32,000 nt of DNA from contig NC_006138.1 in assembly GCF_000025945.1 (NCBI RefSeq), positions 2,220,001 through 2,252,000 of the forward strand, given 5' to 3'. Below, in pieces: positions 26,764 to 32,000 of this stretch. The notes beneath the pieces are model-generated. The model had not been told where the DNA came from and ran no database searches. It saw only the letters and a list, made by a program, of their open reading frames with translations. The position numbers and the translations under genes were made by a program. Numbering within the stretch: the stretch's first letter is position 1; every line of letters starts with the position of its first letter. The DNA comes from Desulfotalea psychrophila LSv54 (GTDB taxonomy: Bacteria > Desulfobacterota > Desulfobulbia > Desulfobulbales > Desulfocapsaceae).

Positions 26764-27985
26764 ATGAAATTAAAAACAACCATGGCCCTTGTCATGTTGG
26801 CCTGGTTATCACTCATTGCCCTATCTTTTTTTTGGAACTATACAAACGCAATCAAAGAGCAGGAGAGAGTTGCCCTGTTCTCTGCAAGGAATTTTTTTCA
26901 ACATATTGTTGCTGCTCGTCTTTGGAATGCCCAGCACGCTATGTGCCTGTCACAGAAAAGACACAGCCAAACCAATATCTTGATGTGCCAATGAGAGAAA
27001 TTGTAGTCAATGATGATTTGACCTTAACCAAGGTTAACCCGGCCTTTATGACCCGGCAAATTTCTGACATAACCCGGGTACATGAGGGTGTGCAGTTTCA
27101 TCTTACTAGTCTCAAGCCTCTTCGGCCGGGTAACAGAGCAACGGCAAGGGAAAGAGAATTCCTTAAAGAATTTGCAAGTGGGACCAGAGAAAAAGAGCTT
27201 TACAGTGACCGGGAAGTAAAGGATTCATTTTTTTATATGGCTCCTCTTATAACGGAGAAGGCATGTTTGCAATGCCATGCCCGGCAGGGTTATAGGGAAG
27301 GTGACATACGAGGCGGGGTCAGCATAACAACACCCTATGCCATGCCAACCATTTTTCCCACTCCTTATCGGCCATATGTTAATAGCCTTTGTCGGCCTGG
27401 TTGGTATCTTTCTCTTTGGGTGGAGATTAAACAGGGCCTATGAAATAATAAAAAGGCAGGCGGCATTCGATGCGGTAACAGGAATTCCAAACTATCGAAG
27501 CTTTGCAGAGATTTTATGCAGAGAAGGCGGGTTGTAAAAGAAATCAGCAGCCTCTTTCAATTATAATGGGCGATATAGATAATTTTAAGCTCTATAATGA
27601 TAGCTATGGTCACAGTAAAGGTAATATCTGTTTAAAGGGAGTGGCGCAGGCGATACATGAATCGCTGAAAAGACCCGCAGATTTTTGTGCACGCTATGGG
27701 GGGGAAGAGTTTATTATCCTCCTGCCCAACACCCCTCCCCGATCTGCCCTGAAGGTCGCGGAGAGAATACAGGCAAATATTGAGGCAAAGGGAATTGTAC
27801 ACACAAAATCAATGCCAACGGGACTTGTCACCATAAGCCTTGGTATCAGCAGTGCTCTCCCAGGTCTTTGGCCAAAAAAGGACGAGTTGATCAGCCAGGC
27901 AGATATGGCCATGTACAGATCAAAGGGGCTTGGTCGAAATCAGATTAGTTTTTTTAATAAAATAGATGACTCCACCAGTGAGTGA
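26764..27985 (+). pseudogene. DUF3365 (c-type haem sensor) - TM - GGDEF diguanylate cyclase, broken by three frame changes
   Basis: Four consecutive ORFs in frames 1/0/1/2 (26764, 26832, 27337, 27503) read through as one protein. In order: signal/TM, ARLWNAQH|YVPVTEKTQPNQYL...CLQCH...GDIRGGVSI, TM segment LLIGHMLIAFVGLVGIFLFGW, then DAVTGIPNYRSF|...LSIIMGDIDNFKLYND...RYGGEEF. Confidence 0.8.
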
Positions 27986-28186
27986 GAGACTTTCTTTTCA
28001 CCCCATTAAGGGCTAAAAAAATACCTCCTGAGCTTGGCTCAATTATTTTTGGCCAGTTAGTTTTTTTCCTTTCTCATAAAAAACATTCCAACTCTCCCTC
28101 CTTTTCTTTACAATAAAAGGAACAAAAAATTCAGGAAAGGCCGGTTCAGGCGCCCCTTATCTATTTATTAGGAGGAGAGCAAGTTT

Positions 28187-29350
28187 ATGAGCAAGCCAGC
28201 AAACCAAACAACCAGACTTCCCATTCATAATAAGCTACTGGCCTTTATTATTCTTATTGGCCTTGGCATAGCTGCCTTTCTTCTGTTTTTTTATTACTCA
28301 TTTTCAACAAGTCTTGAGGAAGAGAAAAAAGAGCAGTCTAAGCATCTTACAGAGATTGGCCTGGGGGTTGTTCAACACTTTTACCAAATGAGTTCAGAGG
28401 GCAAGATGACATCTGCCGAGGCTAAAGACCTTGCAATGAATGCCTTGGAAAATGCTACATATGGGAAAAATGGTTACCTCTGGATAAACAGTGGTGAGGG
28501 AAAACTTTTGATGCAGCCGTATACTCCCGAGCGAGTTGGTCTTAACCAAATTGACTGGACCGACTTGAAAGGGAAATATTTTTTTAAAGAATTTATTAAC
28601 ACGGCAAAAAATGGTGGTGGCTGGGTATCGTATTATTGGCCTAAGCCCAAGGTCCCTGAGGAGAGTCCTAAAATTTCTTATGTTACCTACTTCGCTCCAT
28701 GGAACTGGGTTCTGGGTACAGGGCTTTACCTCGACGATATGCAAAAAAATGTTTTTTGGACTGTTTTTAAGGCTTCGGGAATATTCATCACCTGTTTTAT
28801 CCTGTTTATTGCCGCTACAACCTTTATGGTGAACTACTTCCTGCGTCAACTTGGAGAACTTGCTATAAAAGACACGCTTACCAATCTTTATACCAAGAGA
28901 TTTCTAGAAGAGATATTGCCAAACGTTCTAAAAAAGCTACACCGGGACAACCAACATCTTCTGGTGGTGATATTTATAGATATTGATCATTTTAAAAAGG
29001 TCAATGATAGCTATGGTCATAGCTGTGGCGACCTGGTTTTAAAGAGGTTGGCCAATATCCTCATGGACAATACCCGACCCGATGATTTTAGCATTCGTTT
29101 TGGTGGCGAAGAATTTCTTCTTATTGGCTTTTTTCGTAATGAACAAGAGGCTATAGCTGTTACTGAAAGAATAAGGAAAGAGACGGCCTGTTTGGTTTTT
29201 GAGGACAATAACAGTAAGTTCCAGATTACCCTCAGTGCCGGCATAGCCATTTACCAGCCGGACACCGAGTCCTTCGAGGGAACACTGAAGCGGGCCGATA
29301 AAAAGCTCTATGAGGCCAAGGATTCGGGACGAAATCGTATTTGTATATAG
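28187..29350 (+). CDS. Membrane sCache_2 sensor - GGDEF diguanylate cyclase
   Basis: 387-aa ORF. RBS AGGAGGAG. N-terminal TM segment. Cache-like NGYLWINSGEGKLLMQPY...GGGWVSYYWPKP...ISYVTYFAPWNWVLGTGLYLDD. Second TM segment. GGDEF domain (DIDHFKKVND, RFGGEEF). Confidence 0.85.
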   Translation: MSKPANQTTRLPIHNKLLAFIILIGLGIAAFLLFFYYSFSTSLEEEKKEQSKHLTEIGLGVVQHFYQMSSEGKMTSAEAKDLAMNALENATYGKNGYLWINSGEGKLLMQPYTPERVGLNQIDWTDLKGKYFFKEFINTAKNGGGWVSYYWPKPKVPEESPKISYVTYFAPWNWVLGTGLYLDDMQKNVFWTVFKASGIFITCFILFIAATTFMVNYFLRQLGELAIKDTLTNLYTKRFLEEILPNVLKKLHRDNQHLLVVIFIDIDHFKKVNDSYGHSCGDLVLKRLANILMDNTRPDDFSIRFGGEEFLLIGFFRNEQEAIAVTERIRKETACLVFEDNNSKFQITLSAGIAIYQPDTESFEGTLKRADKKLYEAKDSGRNRICI

Positions 29351-29494
29351 TTTTAAGGAGACCTCTCCTTTCGGTAGAGAGCGATCCAGTTAGTAGCATC
29401 TCTAAAGCCCGGGCCTGTTGCGGAATAAGATAATGTATAAAAGAAAAATCACAGAATAATAGGTAGATATCTTCTCTCCACAGAGACAAAAAAA

Positions 29495-29523
29495 TTGACG
29501 CAAGCCACTCTGTCGTATATTAT
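29495..29523 (+). promoter_or_regulatory. Candidate sigma-70 promoter of glnHPQ
   Basis: TTGACG (29495-29500), 17-nt spacer, TATTAT (29518-29523), about 90 nt upstream of the ATG at 29614. Confidence 0.45.
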
Positions 29524-29538
29524 GAATAAGTTATTCAT
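29522..29538. promoter_or_regulatory. 17-bp perfect palindrome overlapping the -10/+1 region (candidate operator)
   Basis: ATGAATAA-G-TTATTCAT. Confidence 0.4.
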
Positions 29539-29613
29539 CAATAGGTAAAGAGCCTTAGTAACAGACCGTTGATACCTGAAGGGACAGACCCCACTATTAC
29601 AAGGAGCGTTTTC

Positions 29614-30350
29614 ATGAAACACTATATCCTCGCCGCATTTCTTGTTTTTACCATTTGTGCAGGTTCTGCATCTGCTGCAAAACTTGTTGTAGCAACCGAT
29701 ACTACTTCCCACCATTTGAATTCAAAGATCCTGCAAGTGGTAAGCATGTGGGCTTTGACGTGGAACTCTGGGCCGCCATTGCTAGAGAGGCAGGTCTTGA
29801 CTACGAACTACAGCCCATGGCTTTTAAGGGCATTGTTCCCGGGCTTCAGTCTGCACAGATCGACGCTGGTATTGCAGGTATGTCCATTACTGATAAACGT
29901 AAGAAGGTTATTGACTTTTCTGATGGGTATTATGACTCTGGCCTTCTCCTTCTGGTACCTAAGGGCAGCTCTATTAAAGGCCTGGCTGATCTGGTCGACA
30001 AAAAGGTTGCCACCAAGACTGGTACAACCAGTGTTGACTTCTTGAAAAAGCACTCTGCCAAGACCAAACTTGTCCTTTTCCCCAACGATAATGCGATGTT
30101 TATGGAACTTATGACCGGTGGAGTGGATGCCGTTATGTTTGATAGACCTGTTATTGAATCTTTTGCCAGTAAGCGTGGTCAGGGTCAGGTTACTATTGTA
30201 GATACCCTCTATGCCGGTCAGCCCTATGGCATTGGCTTTCCCAAAGGATCTCAATTGGTAGAGAAGGTAAATATAGCTCTCAGAACCCTCAAAGATAGTG
30301 GTGAGTATACCAAGATCTATCAGAAGTGGTTTGGTGTAGCTCCCCGCTAA
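29614..30350 (+). pseudogene. glnH: Glutamine/polar amino-acid ABC transporter substrate-binding protein, 1-nt frame change after the signal peptide
   Basis: ATG at 29614 (RBS AAGGAG) gives [31 protein letters not shown]. The rest (FPPFEFKDPASGKHVGFDVELWAAIAREAGLDYELQPM...) is in the frame of ORF 29655..30350 and closely parallels E. coli GlnH ([39 protein letters not shown]). One extra T in ACTACTTCC (about 29705-29707) restores ATDTTFPPFEF. Confidence 0.85.
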
Positions 30351-30433
30351 ACATTTTTTAAACCGACAAGACAAGGGACAGGGTGTGAAAAGCATTATGC
30401 CCCTTTTTTTTATCTTTTTACAAATGGTTAATT

Positions 30434-31102
30434 ATGGCCTTTAATTTTGAACCAGCAGTAATTGTCGAATCGATCCCGCTACTACTAGGGGGTGCCAAGC
30501 TTACCGTTTATCTCACGGTAGGTGGACTTGTTTTTGGTTTTGTCCTGGGTGTTGTTTTTGGCCTTATGAAGCTCTCCACCTTATGGCCTGTGCGTAAGAT
30601 TGCAGGTTTTTATATTGAGACAATACGGGGCACGCCCATGTTGGTGCAGGCCATGTTTTTATACTTTGGTCTGCCCATGGCCTTTGGCTTCCGCCTACCG
30701 GCTTTGGCGGCAGGAGTTATTGTTATTGCTATTAATTCCGGCGCCTATATTGCCGAAATAGTCCGCGGAGCAGTACAATCCATAGATTCAGGACAGATGG
30801 AGGCGGGACGCTCTATTGGCCTGACCTCCTTGCAGGCCATGCGCTATGTTATTTGGCCGCAGGCCTTTAGAAGGATGATTCCGCCTCTGGGAAATCAGTT
30901 TATAATCAGTCTTAAAGATACCTCTCTATTGATGATTATCGGAGTCGGAGAGCTCTTGCGCACGGCAGATGAAATTGTGGCGGTAAATTTCAGAGCCTTT
31001 GAGGTCTATCTCGCCTGCGGACTCATCTACCTGGCCATGACCATGAGCATTGCCAGGGTATTAAAAATTGTTGAAAAACGTCTACAGATACAGGGAAGAT
31101 AA
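30434..31102 (+). CDS. glnP: Amino-acid ABC transporter permease
   Basis: 222-aa ORF with five predicted TM stretches and the EAA-loop-like MEAGRSIGLTSLQAMRYVIWPQA. Confidence 0.85.
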   Translation: MAFNFEPAVIVESIPLLLGGAKLTVYLTVGGLVFGFVLGVVFGLMKLSTLWPVRKIAGFYIETIRGTPMLVQAMFLYFGLPMAFGFRLPALAAGVIVIAINSGAYIAEIVRGAVQSIDSGQMEAGRSIGLTSLQAMRYVIWPQAFRRMIPPLGNQFIISLKDTSLLMIIGVGELLRTADEIVAVNFRAFEVYLACGLIYLAMTMSIARVLKIVEKRLQIQGR

Positions 31103-31105
31103 GAT

Positions 31106-31837
31106 ATGATTAGTATTCGTAATCTCCATAAATCCTTTGGTGATACAGAGGTCCTAAAAGGTGTTAACATTGAGGTCGCGAAGGGGGAGGTAGTTGTTAT
31201 CATTGGTCCATCCGGCTCCGGGAAATCGACCGTTCTACGCTGTATAAATAAACTTGAAGAGCCCACTAGCGGCACCATTATCGTTGATAACTACGATATC
31301 ATGGATAAATCCACCGATATCAACATGGTTCGCACCGAAGCCACCATGGTATTTCAGCACTTTAATCTCTTCCCCCATATGACGGTATTGGACAATATCA
31401 CCCTTGGTCCCATAAAGGTGCGCGGCACCAGCAAAAAGGAGGCCAATGATCTTGGCCGTAATCTTCTGAAAAAGGTGAACCTTGCCGAGAAGGATAGTGA
31501 TTTTCCCAATCAGCTTTCTGGTGGACAAAAACAGCGGGTTGCCATTGCTAGAGCCCTGGCCCTGCAGCCCAAGGCCATTCTCTTTGACGAGCCCACCTCG
31601 GCTCTTGATCCGGAACTTGTTGGTGAGGTACTTGAGGTAATGAAGACGCTTGCCGCCGAGGGAATGACCATGGTTGTGGTTACCCACGAGATGGGTTTTG
31701 CCCAGGAGGTTGCCGATCGAGTACTCTTTATTGATGAGGGTGTGGTTCAGGTGGATAAACCACCCAAGGAATTTTTTTCTAATCCAGAGCATCCACGTCT
31801 TAAAGATTTTTTGGGCAAAGTTATTACCCACGGCTAG
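31106..31837 (+). CDS. glnQ: Amino-acid ABC transporter ATP-binding protein
   Basis: 243-aa ORF. Walker A GPSGSGKST, signature LSGGQKQRVAIARAL, Walker B ILFDEPTSALD. Confidence 0.9.
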   Translation: MISIRNLHKSFGDTEVLKGVNIEVAKGEVVVIIGPSGSGKSTVLRCINKLEEPTSGTIIVDNYDIMDKSTDINMVRTEATMVFQHFNLFPHMTVLDNITLGPIKVRGTSKKEANDLGRNLLKKVNLAEKDSDFPNQLSGGQKQRVAIARALALQPKAILFDEPTSALDPELVGEVLEVMKTLAAEGMTMVVVTHEMGFAQEVADRVLFIDEGVVQVDKPPKEFFSNPEHPRLKDFLGKVITHG

Positions 31838-31849
31838 ACAGCTGTTGAG

Positions 31850-31876
31850 CAAGAAGAGGTGTATCTCCTCTTCTTG
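31850..31876. terminator. Hairpin downstream of glnQ (possible terminator)
   Basis: 10-bp stem CAAGAAGAGG (31850-31859) / CCTCTTCTTG (31867-31876) with a 7-nt loop. No clear T-run follows. Confidence 0.35.
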
Positions 31877-32000
31877 TCTGCCTCTCCTCCCCGCCTCGTT
31901 AAGATTCATCCGGCAATGAGCAAGCCTATAAAAGATCAAAAACACTGGTAATGATGAGCACCAGTAGGCTGAGGCCAATAAAAACAAAAGAGAGGCCCAT

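Noticed and set aside
29524-29613. Glutamine (glnA-type) riboswitch in the glnH leader
   Set aside because: There is only a vague resemblance (CGTTGATACCTGAAGGGAC). The conserved E-loop/pseudoknot sequences were not found.
31235-31987. 250-aa minus-strand ORF
   Set aside because: It is antisense to glnQ, which has unambiguous ABC motifs.
31926-32000. Minus-strand reading frame MGLSFVFIGLSLLVLIITSVFDLL* ending at 31926
   Set aside because: It may be the C-terminal TM helix of a gene starting beyond the window, or a 24-aa peptide. It cannot be evaluated from 75 nt.
1-32000. Search for tRNA, rRNA, CRISPR repeats, IS/transposase genes and toxin-antitoxin or restriction/defence genes
   Set aside because: No T-loop/acceptor-type structures, no regularly spaced direct repeats, no transposase-like ORFs and no recognisable defence domains were seen. 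The only mobile-element-related gene is intI.

Overview
Chromosomal window from a Gram-negative bacterium with moderate GC (mid-40s % by eye). The gene content includes a sigma-54 enhancer-binding protein, archaeal-type LeuCD, TrmFO, a stand-alone YcaO and several GGDEF proteins. This fits a Desulfobacterota/deltaproteobacterial-type anaerobe, but that is inference only. Most of the window is housekeeping: tsaE, leuCD, cbpA-like J-protein, mutL, trmFO, epd, deoC plus a sugar kinase, azoR, dbpA and glnHPQ. Three things stand out. (1) 4.4-11.8 kb holds an NtrC-type sigma-54 activator whose receiver lacks every phospho-acceptor residue. It is followed by a near-consensus sigma-54 promoter and a five-gene envelope operon: three small signal-peptide proteins (two clear paralogues, the third split by a frame change), a two-domain periplasmic protein, and a 938-aa outer-membrane protein. 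That last protein is laid out as N-terminal Ig-like domains, a beta-barrel and two C-terminal beta-sandwich domains. The layout parallels a chaperone/usher fibre system, but I recognise no classical PapD, usher or pilin signature by eye. This is my best candidate for an undescribed system. (2) 25.3-26.3 kb encodes an integron-type integrase (IntI-specific insertion present) with no recognisable attC cassette array. It sits next to a GGDEF gene broken by three frame changes. (3) At least seven single-nucleotide frame disruptions occur in otherwise well-conserved genes (ycaO, third small secreted gene, mutL, DUF3365-GGDEF x3, glnH). These are either indel-type sequencing error or genuine decay in a lineage whose mutL is itself broken. 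No rRNA, tRNA, CRISPR array or transposase was seen.
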